From positions 597,221-661,220 of the forward strand of contig RDEW01000013.1 of the NCBI GenBank assembly GCA_011109175.1: a stretch of DNA of 64,000 nt, in the 5' to 3' direction. Positions 25,201-37,140 of this stretch are shown one piece after another. The translations under genes and the position numbers were made by a program. The stretch is from Dicyema japonicum. Its lineage: Eukaryota > Animalia > Dicyemida. Under the pieces are notes generated by a model, which had not been told where the DNA came from, made no database searches, and saw only the letters and a program-made list of their open reading frames with translations. Each line of letters begins with the position of its first letter. The stretch's first letter is position 1.

Positions 25201-25813
25201 CGACAATGTCCCCCCATCGCTCAGAAGTCATCACATCAGAGGTCAGACATCGAATGAGCATCTTCAAGGCGTTCCGTGGGTCCTTTTCAAGCAGATGTAG
25301 TAAATGTTGAAGATTTGAGGGAGTCAGGAATATGTTGTTCTCGTCCTCCGTGTGAGTTTTGTACCGACAGATTCGTTCCTGGCGTATTTATCATGAAAAA
25401 CGTTAAATAGATGGCGATCATCATTCAATAGTTCAAGAGAGGACAAAATGAACTGAGAAAGACGCTCCTGAATTTGAGAAAATTGGCTATAATTAGAACT
25501 CATCATGATTGCTCTGCTTTTACTAATCATATTGCGTTTATTCATGTTAATTATAGTTTTCTGGTGTTGCCGCTGACAAAAATGGCGGGAAATTTTGTCG
25601 ATTTCATGTTGTAACTGAAAAATTATAACACAAAACCCCATTAAAGAATTCAAATCTATTTAAATTTTGATAGTTGGAAAAGAAAGATTCCATTGACGAG
25701 AACCAGTCATCCATGGTCGAGGATTTAGCCAAAAATGAAATAAGACATTCAATCAGTCGTTTGATCGACTTGCTTACAACTTGAGTGTACGGCTTGTCTT
25801 CAAATGAATCCAT
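22240..25813 (-). CDS. TBC1D32: TBC1D32 / BROMI (broad-minded) ciliary regulator, full-length, multi-exon
   Basis: C-terminus GYDWIAATVFIARRGD..RWQTQLLWNYADFHQILHFLNACLVHG..AIL..RRHYRDGDLELWLL..IENVEQKYREM parallels BROMI (GHDWF..MLGD..W..QCFWNYLDW.EICHY..C..G..QHTQ..DLQVFL..EQNYR); N-terminus IKRLIECL..QNLNRFEFF parallels LRRLFQS..ENFHNYEFV (reference sequence recalled from memory). Confidence 0.82.
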
Positions 25814-26779
25814 ATTTTGTATTTCCTTGGAAATAGTATATTTCTGGAATCATTAATATATTTGTTTTATTATTTTTATTTTAAGTTATAATTTAGATTT
25901 TTTTAAATTTAAAATTTTTACCGTGGTCTTGGGTGTTAAATAAATAAATAATAAAAATTAAAAACATTTGAGGTTTCATAAAACCTATCCTTATAATTCG
26001 GTACACATGTAATCTCAAAACTTGAGGAGAAAAGCTCGACTCGCGACATAGAAGATAACCATGGTCCCTTTTAGAACGGAATCGACCAATGCGGAAGGTT
26101 TATATAAAAAATGACCCACAGGATTCATTTACAAGGTACTCGGTAAATATCGTTACAGAGGAAAGATTGTGTGGACTTTACGCATGAAGTTTCCATGGAA
26201 GAGCAACTTTTAAATGAAAAATAATGAGGGTCTCAAGTCTGAAATCAAATCGCAGTCATCGTCGTGTCAAGTATTTTAAGAGGCTAGAAGACTATATTGC
26301 AATACGTACAAAATGAGTTTATTGGAGGGATTCATATTTCAGGATTTTCCCATACTCCTTTCTATCTGCCTCTTCTCTGGGGAGTGTATTGACGTCAGCA
26401 ACCTGCCCCACAAATGGTGCCACATATGAACGTCCCAAAAGAGTGATTTTTTATGGGGGTGTAGAAATAATGATATCCCATCTGTTTTGGACGGAGACGA
26501 TGGGAAGAGCATAATTAAGAAACATCTAAAACTAACAGGATTATCATCATTTACTATGTGACATGGGCAACCTGTTACATTTTTTGACCTTGTAAAAATC
26601 CTTTGATTATCCGACATTTATTTATTTTTATATCCGATTTCAATCGTGATTTCTATGATGCTGGATTATTTTTACTTCATAAACGTTATGATTCTAAAGA
26701 TTTTATTTTTATAGCGGCAAACCTAAATTTTCAGGGTGATATCTAGCGTGGAAGATTATTCTGTTGTAATTGGTTCTTA

Positions 26780-27640
26780 CAAGGGTTATGTGAAAGACTG
26801 CGTGGAATATGAAATTTTAAAGATGCTTTGGATAATAAATTTTCCAAAAAACTTCAGAGGCACCGAAAATATCGCCTTGTTAGAAGATAGAGATTTTTCT
26901 ATTATCAATGAAAGGTATTGTAAATTTGCAATAAATGTACAGACTACATTTTGAATGCACTAATCCCAAGTTAGTCATATTCCTGGATAATGAAACCCAG
27001 ATGGAGCTCGTGGCGAAACCATTACACGAGTTTTCAAACGGAGGAGTAAATAAAATTGAGTATGGATGTCGACAAAGATACTTCACTGTCAGAAAAGTCA
27101 TTCCAAATTGTCAAGTTTGCAAATTTACTGGTCCTTTAAAAGTTTAAGATTTTTTTTAATTGTAGATTGGAGATATAAATCACCATGTGTTCGCTTCTTG
27201 TCCAAATGAACGTTTTCAGGTAGAAAAGATTTTAACAGTAAATCAAAATTTCAGATGGATTTTACTGGTCATTGACAAATATAGTAGGTTGGCTTTTTAA
27301 AACAATTTTTTAGATTTGCATTTGTGAGACCACCCTCTATACGTCTGGAAGAGAGGTGTTTGAAAACCTAAGATTTTTGTTTTATCTGAATCAGCCGTGC
27401 AAATTTCTTCAGTCTGAATTCATAAATCGAGAAATAACAAATTTTTCACTGATTTCAACAGCAAATTCATGGAAGGCCTAACAATCCTCGGGCACAAGGA
27501 ATTGTCGAAAAATTCAATCAAACGAGAAAGTTGTCCAAAATGCTGGTAAACAGTGAAAAAGTGGAATGATAAATTAGAAAATGCTGTGCACAGTTATAAC
27601 ATATCTGTCCATTCATTTTCTACCTAAAGTCCTTTCTAAG
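26780..27640 (+). pseudogene. Ginger/Gypsy-type DDE integrase remnant (copy 1)
   Basis: HHCC-like LHEFSNGG..CQVC, then FQMD..IDKYSR, EFIN.EI, NPRAQGIVEKFNQT, KWNDKLENAVHSYN. Confidence 0.7.
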
Positions 27641-27689
27641 ATATCCAGGAATAAGCACCTAGGCCATCGAGCCCTGGAACTATTAGCCT

Positions 27690-29010
27690 ATATATTCAAC
27701 CTATCCATTAACACGAATAAATCCCTGAAATATGGAAGAAGTCTCTAATCAAACCTATTCGAAAACCCAACAAACCAATAGATGAACCATCTTCCTATCG
27801 CCCAATATCTATTCTGAGTCCGGTCTCAAGGATCCTTGAAAGGCTTGTTCTGGAAAAAGTACAAGACTCAATCTCAATACTCTCGACCCAGCACGGATTC
27901 CGGACAACCATTCTACACAACACACCTCACAGCCATCGCACAATTCATCGCGGGAAGATTTAACTCCCCAAACCCCATCAGAGGACAGTACTTATATCCG
28001 TGGACATCACAAAAGCGTTCGACACAGTCTCTAGGAAACTCTCACAAAGAAGATATTGAAACCAACATCTACCCGAACTTGAAACTTTGGCTTGGAAACT
28101 TCTTTAATGGAATACAAGCACAAGTACTCTGCAACAAAATCAAATCAAGATCTCGCTATTTCCCAAATGGAGTCCCTCAAGGCCCCACTATCACCCCTAC
28201 TCTTCAATCTCTACATAAACGACATGCCACAAACCTGTAATGAAAACTGTCTAATCCTCTCTATGCCGACGATATCATTCTTGCCTCCAAGACAGAAGCA
28301 TTCAATCAGCGACTCAGTTGGCTCAACAAATGCTCGACAACTTGGAACTATGGCTCTCGAAGCGGAGACTTGACACATCAGCAGCAAAGTCCTTTGTCAC
28401 ACTGTTTACCACCTACAAGAGACAGCTCTGTATCGAACCAAAAGTCTTTATGAAGAACGAAGCTATCTCTATTAACAAAACACCGAAGATTCTGGGAGTA
28501 ACCTTTGATCAGGGACTCACCTTTATCCGGCATGTTGAAAACAGAGTAACTTCTGCTCTGAAAAAATGAGAATTTTAAAAGTGCTCTCAAAAATATTTAG
28601 AGATCAAACTGGGATCCTTGCTACGATTTACAAACAATTATCCGACCAACGATGACGTATGCAAGTCCTTCATGGGCAATGCAAATGTCACGATCTTCCA
28701 CATTGAAGTTATCTGCAATCGAGGAGACAGCAATAAGGTTAATTGGATCAGAACACAAAATCCAGCACATTGAAAATTTCTTAATCGATTTACAACGAAA
28801 CTCTTAAAGGATGCAAGTTTACCCAGCTGCCCTCTATTTCATACACTATTGAAATATCTACAATCATACAGAAATCATTTCCAATAAGAAGAGCTGTTCA
28901 GGATTCTCGCCCCCGCCTGACTCGTCCTCTCCTTTGTCGGTCTGGGATCACTTAGTTGGATGAGAACTTTATTTCTTTTTCTTTGACCCAGTATCCTGGG
29001 GTAATAATAA
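27690..29010 (+). mobile_element. APE-type LINE: RT domain, 3' UTR and (TAA)n tail, frameshifted
   Basis: KPIRKPNKP...SYRPISILS, DITKAFDTV, NGVPQG..SPLLFNLYIND, YADDI, PKILGVTFD; ends CCTGGGGTAATAATAA. Confidence 0.9.
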
Positions 29011-29149
29011 TTGTAATATCTGCAATAAATTTTAGTAAAAAAACAATCCTTGTAGACAACACAAGTTTTTGATGCGAATTAAGAACCATTTGACCGATTC
29101 CACTGCATTATTCCTTTAAGGATAGTCTTAAATAGACCTGAGTTACTTT

Positions 29150-29877
29150 CTTCATTTGAGTTACTTTCTTCAGAAATCATCGAGGAAATATGTCATGGTT
29201 TTCTGTGTTTTTGTAAAGAACCAATAAATCTTTTCATTAACACAATTTCCTAAACAGAGGAAACTCGTTCGGTTAAAAAGAATGATACCCTTATCGAGTT
29301 CCTTTACAGAAGTTTTCTTCGCTTATTTATGGATGCTTTCTTTGCTAAATTGAATGAAATCAAATCATTCACACTCTTGCGTTATGATGACTCAGATTTG
29401 CTACATCAGCTATTTATGACTGGATTCAGAAAAATAAGGATTCTCAACCTCCTTGGACACTACAGCACTACGACTATCTATAAAAGTACACTAAAAATAA
29501 TTCTGGAACGCATAAATTTTCACATCTTAATTACTGATTTTGAGGAATTTACTGGAAGCTTGAACAATCCAGAGTCTTTAAAGTAGATTTTATATCAAAT
29601 TTAGGTGTTTCGTGCATACAAGTGATGGGATATTAAAAGGATGACTGTAATTTCTTTTCTCTTTTCAAAAAAGCTTACTTGTGTGAATTTATCTGGATAT
29701 TTTATTGAAAGAAGAGTATTAAAAAGTAAACAAAGTTTTGATTTTAATAATTCTAGACGAATAAGAAAAATAGGATTTAAAAAATTTCAACACTGTAAAA
29801 TTTTACATTTCAGTAAAAATATAAGCGATTCTGTATATTTTATAGAAGAATATGGATTGAGCCGCGATCATGTTTAA
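29150..29877 (+). CDS. Unidentified two-exon coding candidate
   Basis: ORFs 29329-29586 and 29641-29877 separated by a GTAG...TTTAG candidate intron; no family recognised. Confidence 0.25.
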
Positions 29878-30526
29878 ATAACCTTGTCTCGACTACTCAA
29901 CATTTTTATAATAAAATCAATTTTTGAGCTATACGGTTCACAAGATTATTGATTGTGGTTTTGAAATTGAAAATAAATTAGTAAAACCATTTTTCATAGT
30001 ATTTAAAATATGAATTTAGTTGCTTTGCCGGTACACGTTGATGTAAATTTCAAAAATCTTATTTACGACCGATTTCACATGCTACTTGTTGGTATTAGTA
30101 GATTTCATTCATAGCTTTATTTTTGATAATTTTCTTGAAATCATGTTCTATGATGATACACTATATGTATCACTATATCTAATTTATAGTTGTTTATCCA
30201 GCTTTTGACCTATTTTAAACTGCCCAAATATCTATTTTTGTTTGGTAATTCTTATTTTAGTTGACTGTCATTTATATTGATAAATCTTGATTACTGGTAT
30301 CAATGTTATTCACTTGATCTTGAATTAATCTTAAAAATATGAGTACAGATTTTCTAGCCTATTGTTGCCTATTCTGAAGGACTTGTCAAAGTTCATGTGA
30401 CAATAAATTTTTAGTAATGTGTTGAACATTTTAAAACAGAAGACTTAAGTAGAAATACAAAATTTCTATTATTGAATTTTCTTCTAGGTATTTAAAATAT
30501 ATTTTTTTAAAGAAAATGAAAAGAAT

Positions 30527-31150
30527 ATGAATTTGTTTCTCGATTTTGGTGGAATTTATTATATTTATTATTTTTTCCAAAGACATTCTGTGTCTCCAGA
30601 CAATACGTATGTCAGTTATATATTAGTTCCCGTTATTAAGATTGTCGAAAATATGGCTATAGGGCCAAACACCAGATATTTAATATGGGCGTATGGTCTA
30701 ACTAATTTTATATTGTACAATTATTGTTCTATTCAAAAGGGAAATGGACTTGCTAACTGTTCTATTCATGCAGGATATTCTATTTTAAGTTGTATCTGCC
30801 AGATATTAATTCATTCAAATGATATTTTGCCTATTTTTGTGAATTCAGATTTTAGCGATTTGAATCCATGTGAACCCATTTTAGATAAAATTGTTCACTT
30901 TATAAAAATCATCCTTTTGATTACAACTATAATTTCGATAAGTGAACATTTCTAATTTTTTATTTTAAGGTCAATGAAGCCGACGATAAATTTATCGAAT
31001 GCGATCACTGATGAACGAATTTGGCTTTGGGCTGTGTGGGAATGCGCTAATATAATAGAGATATATCGTTTTTCCTTATTTTTATAATAGCTTTTGAATT
31101 TATGGACTATTTTATTTCTCTCAACATTGGTATAAAAATTGAGAATATCT
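30527..31150 (+). CDS. Unidentified hydrophobic (membrane?) protein candidate
   Basis: 142-aa ORF plus downstream RIWLWAVWECANIIEIYRFSLFF segment; no family recognised. Confidence 0.25.
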
Positions 31151-31304
31151 GTTCACAATCCAATATGAAGGAGATCCATCATTATGCTGAAATGTTTCAA
31201 GAATATTACCATGTTGTTATTTTCATAATTTAGAATTATATTAATCAGCCGTAAAGCTAATTCAGTGATCACTTTATTAATAATATTACTAATAACATTT
31301 TTTT

Positions 31305-31410
31305 CTATAATAAGGGTAAAATCAAACTGACTAATTCGTCGATCCTGACTCATGCACAGAGATCTTAGAGTTCATTGTCCGAAAAGGACAGGTCGATGCA
31401 AGAACTTGTT
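31305..31410 (-). mobile_element. SINE-like family A 3' fragment
   Basis: ACAAGTTCTT..GAGTCAGGATCGACGAATTAGTCAGTTTGATTTTACCCTT matches the 3' part of the 18365 and 49148 copies. Confidence 0.55.
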
Positions 31411-31669
31411 ACTAGGGAGCAAATGGCTTCCCGTAGAATGTAGATAAGAAATCTTTTGACTGTCGGCAATGCATTGAGCGTCTCGTAACTAGCTATACTT
31501 TATTAACTAGTTGGCAATTACTATTCCTACGTTTCGCACATGTCATCTGTTGCTCATTGTTGTTGAAGAACCCACCAATATTATCTTCTCTGAGTAGTAA
31601 AGTTCTATGTTGCCACCAAAGCAATGATTTCTGGCTTGTCAAGGGAGATTCATAAGGTGGATTATATTA

Positions 31670-32915
31670 AGTAGTTGAAATATGAAATTTTAAAAAATGC
31701 TTTGGAGAATAAATTTCACCTAAATTTACCGAGGCATCGAAAAAATAGCCTTAAGATAGAGAATTTTTATATTATCAATGAAAGGTATTGTAAATTTTCA
31801 ATAAATGTACAGACTGTACCTTGAAAGCACTGATCCCAGGGTAGTCATATCCCTGGATAATGAAACTGAAATGGAGCTCGTGGCGAAATCATTACACGAG
31901 TTTTCACACGGAGGAGTAGAAAAAATTGAATGTGAATGTCGACAAAAATACTTTACTGTTAAGAAGAGTTTGCAATTTTTCGCGTTTTGTAAAGTTTAAA
32001 ATTTCTTTTAATTGTAGATTGGAGATTCTGCCCAAATTAACGTTTTCAGGAAGATCTTATAGATCTGAAAAGATTTTCAACAGTAATTCAAAATTTCAAA
32101 TGGATTAAAAATACAATTTTACTAGATTCTTATTTGTCAGACCACTCTCTAATACAGTGGTTTTCAAGAATTTTGACCCAGGGGCCAAATCAATACATTA
32201 TTTTATTTGTAGGGGCAGCCAATTTTTTTAAAACTTAATTAATATAAAAAAGCAAAAGTAAATTTATAAACCATTAATCAATTAACTCTTTAAAAGCTGG
32301 TACAATAAAGATCCGTGACAACTGACTTAGATGTATATCTGGTATTTGTTATTTTAAGCATTTTGCTGAAAATGGATTCACATACATAAGTTGATCCGAA
32401 CGTTGAAATATTCATGTATGCATTATTAACAATATTCTTAAATTTTTCTTTGGGTAGAGATTGGTACAATTCGATAAGAGAAGTGTTGGTAAAAAAAGCG
32501 TTCAAATGTAAATTGGCTGCCAAATCAGTCAATTCAATTTGGAATTGTACAGGAGATTCTTTAATTTTGACGTTGAAGGGCGTTGCAAATATTTTCATTA
32601 AGGGTAATTTATCTTTAAAATTCTAAATTTTCATATATTTGTAAATTAAATTTAGAATCGCCTTGATAAGAATAATGAATTGATTCGTGCTGTTGATAAT
32701 GTCTTTTGACGGAGTAGGCTTATAACGATTTAATAAATAACGATTTAATCGTTATAACAAAACTTTGCACTGATTACAGCATCGAGCAAATTCATGGAAG
32801 GACTAATTGGCCACAATGAATTGTCGAAAGATTCAATCAAACGATAACGAGAAAGTTGTCAAAAATGCTGGATAGCTGTGAAAAAAGTGGCTTGATAAAT
32901 TAGATTCTTTGTGGT
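31670..32915 (+). pseudogene. Integrase remnant copy 2, interrupted by a hAT insertion
   Basis: 31670-32150 aligns with 26790-27340 and 32745-32915 aligns with 27430-27590. Confidence 0.7.
32155..32640 (-). mobile_element. hAT 3' end (dimerisation domain plus TIR)
   Basis: TIR CAGTGGTTTTCAA at 32155 preceded by CTCTAATA (NNNTANNN); ORF FQIELTDL..STFGSTYVCESIFSKM. Confidence 0.8.
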
Positions 32916-32999
32916 TAATAAATCAATAATGAAATTAATCTTAGTTCAAGGTTAAGTAACGGCTGCCCATGTGACATATTACCACACATATGAACAACT

Positions 33000-33095
33000 T
33001 TAATTTGGAATTGCAGGTCAAAGACTGCCTCATAACTCAGTTGTCAGATAATATAATATAACAAGCCCAAACCATCAAACTACCACCACCATGTT
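33000..33095 (-). pseudogene. Tc1 transposase fragment
   Basis: VKHGGGSLMVWAC on the minus strand near 33060-33095. Confidence 0.65.
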
Positions 33096-33429
33096 TGACT
33101 AATAATAATATTATTGCTTATTATTAGGGCGAATTTTTTAACCTAAAAATGAACAATTTAACCTAAAAAAATTAACTTTATTAACCTAAAAACTAAAAAA
33201 TTAACCCAAAAATTTAACTTTATAACTAAACAATAAAAACACTAAAACTTTTTGTTAGACACACAAATTACATAATTTTCTAAATTTCCTGGTAGAAAAT
33301 GCATGTTGGATCTTAGAAAATTCTTAATCTAAGAGAAATATCGTTCAACCGAGCACGAAGTTGGCTGACAATTCAGGAGTAATTAATACTCGGCAGGAGA
33401 TATATGTGAATTATTCATTTTAATTATGT

Positions 33430-34110
33430 TTGAAATATCATTTTTGTAGCTTTTTATTTATGTATTCTTTAATAAATTTGTTGTCATCTCCAAATTCCAA
33501 CGATTCTAAACCATCATATGCTTGTTCAGTTGTGAAGCGTGTACTTTCAAATTTCGTAATAATATCTGCATTATTCGGAACCTGGAATGTTCGAATAGCT
33601 TCGGATAAGGTCACTAACACGTGAACACGTGGTTTTTGAGACTTTCTTTAGCTGTTCGAACTAGATATCCATCATCCGCGAATAATTCGAAAATATTTTG
33701 AACTCCGATCAGATTTTCTGAATAGTATGTAGCGGCCTTAAGCCAGGTCCCCCATCTTGTCAAATGCACACGAGGTGGAATGGCGATGTTTATGTCTTTG
33801 AATATTAGTTTTATTCTATTGTTCTTGTTAATTGTTGCTTGTACAGTAGCTATCATCAAATCAATTTCCGGATAAGAGTCTCTTATTTTCTCACAACAAT
33901 TGTGTAATAGAGCACATGTGACATGGAATAGCTTGGGTAAAGATTTTTAAGTATTTTGCCAACTAAAACATAAACATAAAATTTTACCTGACTTCATATA
34001 ATTTGCAGCATCCGAAATTAACAAAAGGAAATTTTCCCTTTGAACTAAATTATTTCCAAGTGCATCGTCGACTATCTGAGTAATGATGTTCTTGTTAGGA
34101 GCAGATTCTA
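33430..34110 (-). pseudogene. hAT-like transposase remnant (TRWGTW type)
   Basis: PPRVHLTRWGTWLKAATYYSEN motif. Confidence 0.55.
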
Positions 34111-34399
34111 TCGCCTTAAACGAAGGTCAAAATAATTTTAACCTTATAATTTTAAATTTTAAACCTAATAATTTTGTTTAATATACATTTATTTAAGAGG
34201 GTTCAATTGGACAAGGCGCTCTCGGAGTTGTTTCAGAAGCCAGAATCGAACCTGCCTGAGGAGGCTGGCGAACAGGCAGGCGAGGAAGGTTGTTGATTAT
34301 TAAATATATTAACTTGTTATTGTTTGTTAAATAAAGTGGAATACATTTATTTATAATAAAATATAGTTAAAATCATTTTAATGATTATTTATTTACTAT

Positions 34400-34990
34400 T
34401 ATTAAATTTTAACTTTTTTTAACTTAGTTCGCCCTACTATTATATTACCATGTTTGATTGTAGGGAAAATATTTTTGGGTTCTAACCCCTTATTTGGTTT
34501 TCTCCAAACTAAAAGCTTTTCATCTGAGTATGAAAAATTGTCAGAAAATATAATACTATTCAGCTTCTTTTGATCATATTGAAGCCATTTACATGCTGCT
34601 TCAGAACGTAATTTTATTATTCTTGGTGTTAACATAGGCTTTTTTATTGGTTTGTAGGATATATTTTTATTATTCGATATTCTTTTAATTGTCATAAGAC
34701 TAATTGATTTTTACCATTCTTCATTCTAGTCGAAATTTTTCTTAATGAAATTCTGGGTTTTGTTCAATTTCACAACAAATTATTCTAGAAATCTCTTCAG
34801 AACAAATATTATGACCACCACTGCCTTGTCGGCGTTCTGTGTTGTTGGTTTCAGGTGTCTTTTTTATTTGTTTAGATTAGTTGGCTGAGAGCATTCAGTA
34901 TAGAAGCAATCTGTTTTTGTTTAAAACCGGCATCTTTTAATTGAACGATTTGTGCAATTTATGTGCAGATAGTTTCATTTCTATAAGTTA
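34400..34990 (-). pseudogene. Tc1 transposase remnant
   Basis: KKPMLTPR..LRSEAACKW..IIFSD..VWRKPNKGLEPKNIFPTIKHG. Confidence 0.75.
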
Positions 34991-35220
34991 CTTTTTATTT
35001 ATACTTTACACAACAAGAATCACCAGAAATTTTTAAAATTCAAAAAATATAACATTTTTTCTGTTACAAAATATAGCATATTAAATAAAATTGACTAAAA
35101 TTATGCATTTTTTAAATATTTTGAAAATTTTTAAAAAAAATAGATAATATTTAATATCATTTTAGTGATGTAAATATTTAAATTTAATATTATCTAATAT
35201 TAAATGGTGTTTTAAAAATA

Positions 35221-35700
35221 CAGTAAACCCTCATTAATCCGGAGTTAGCAAAATTTTACAAAGTTTCCTCACAAATAGGCTTCAATGAACCGAAACTTCA
35301 TAATCCGCAATCCGAAAGACAATTATTAAAAATTTCGGATTAATTTATTTTGTTTTATCATACATTTATGTGAATTTATATTTAAATTTAAAATCTAAGA
35401 TTACCAAATTGTTTGAAAAAAGGAATATTTGTGAAATAAAAATACATCAAAAATGACTCTCAGAGAATTATCCCATATCTGTGAAATAAAAATGAACTCT
35501 TATTTGGGAATTTCTACACTTTCAGAAATTCTAAAAAACCGTGAAGTTGGAAAACTGTGAAAATACGATTAACAAGTCCAGAACCAAGTAGTAAACATCA
35601 TCAATTGATAATTCACTTGTTGAGTGGATGAAATTAATAGTTTTATCACTGAAGATATCATCTGTAATTAAAGGAATTAATTAACTATTGGTGTTTTAAA
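35221..35700 (+). mobile_element. pogo/Tigger 5' half (TIR plus CENP-B HTH remnant)
   Basis: TA|CAGTAAACCCTCATTAATCCG; GISTLSEILKN; homologous to 38860-39598 in inverted orientation. Confidence 0.75.
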
Positions 35701-36044
35701 AGCACAAGAAAATATTTTTCATGAAAAATACACAAAAATGGAACAATGATCAAATAATGGTTTTTATTTATTTTTTCTATGTGCCTTCCACAACTTCAAA
35801 CTCTTGCAGTTATGGGAATCCCTCTAAGGAATGATCCAGTAGACGGTAGAACTGTATACAAAGTGACCTCTTTTCCCGCTTAAATATATTTAAATTCAGT
35901 TTTGAGTGAGACAAGGCTGCAGATTCTACACAGAGGAACTCACAAGGATACAAAAAATTTAAATAGCAAATTCGCAATTATCAATAATATAGGAACATAA
36001 ATTATATAAATCAGTACTCCTCAGGATTATAAGCCATGAAGAGG

Positions 36045-36490
36045 TCATGCTTTCTCTGTTGGCTGACTCGCTTTTGTTTGCACTTCTAAAGTAACCAAAA
36101 CATTAACCCGAAGGTTAGAACTTGTCATTTTATCACGTCGGTTACACGTGACATTCATATCAGCATCCTGTTCTACCTCAATTCCAAGAAACGATGTACC
36201 AGGTCGTTTTTCTAGAGTTAATACGACGACAACCTCAAAATGAACATCCGAAAAGATCTCGCGGAAGCAGAATACCTCACAAACGTAACCCAGTCCTTTA
36301 TGGGAAAGCAAGTCCCCCGAATCTTCAACTTTAAGAGGGGACATGGAGGATGTGTCGAAAACAAACAATCCAGAGATCGAAGAGATCCCCTGTGATTGGC
36401 TCGGTCTTTTTTCGCCACGTTTTTGGCAGGAATAAGCCAAAAATCGCTCAAAATTGGGTCAATTAAGCATTTTAACTCCATTAGCACGTG
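36045..36490 (-). pseudogene. Possible LTR-retrotransposon gag/protease remnant
   Basis: Overlapping frames with CPLLKLKIRG and VHFEVVVVL..FLGIEV; weak resemblance only. Confidence 0.25.
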
Positions 36491-36779
36491 TTCATACTAT
36501 TATTTCAATACTGGGATACCTGATCGACATCTTTGAGTCTCTCAACTACAAGGCAGAGCATTTCGCTAGTCTTCAGCCTCATCACAACTGAATTCGTGTC
36601 ACCGGAGAAATTCTGAGCATCCAAAAGCGCCCCGAGACAGTTTTTCATCATTCTACATCACAAGAAACACAACCTCCTCACGTCAGGGACCACTTGCCAT
36701 TTGGGAGACACAGAAAATAGCAGAGACCACCCCAAAATAGCACTTTCGACAAAGTCTTTCGGAAGTTTCCTACAACGGG

Positions 36780-37140
36780 ACATGACATCCTCAAAAATAT
36801 TCAGATTTAGCTAAAATAAGAAAAGGGAGAACCTCACGGAGATCACAGGAGACGAAGTGAAGCATAGCATAGGAGAGCTAAAATCTCAAAAATCCCAAAC
36901 TGGTAATTTAGTCACGGTCGTTCCAACGACGGTAATCAAGGAAGTAAAAATACCGTGAGTAACTTCCAAGAGGGAACTAAAGCTGACAGAGTTGGTAAGG
37001 TCGGGACCATACTGGGCACAGAGCATCACCGAGCAGTCCAAGCAGCCTACAACATCGGTGGTGGTTTTCTTCCGTGCAATGATCGTTTGCAACGTGGAGA
37101 GCAAGGACTCACAGATCCTACAATAGAGGACATGAATACG
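36780..37140 (+). pseudogene. LINE RT remnant; 37040-37140 repeated at 38565-38660
   Basis: EITGDEVKHSIGELKSQK; shared TTCTTCCGTGCAA..TTTGCAACGTGGA..CAGGGA..ACAGATCCTACAA. Confidence 0.45.

Noticed and set aside
12548-25813. Alternative genetic code (TAA/TAG read-through) to explain fragmented ORFs
   Set aside because: Stops are removed by short GT-AG introns or 1-bp shifts; the long OCRL and transposase ORFs contain no internal stops, and the transposase ends on TAA.
31153-31353. 66-aa ORF as a gene
   Set aside because: Starts within a SINE A tail and continues through AT-rich low-complexity sequence.
33130-33240. TAACCTAA motifs as interstitial TTAGG telomeric repeats
   Set aside because: Only about three dispersed, non-tandem copies in low-complexity AT-rich sequence.
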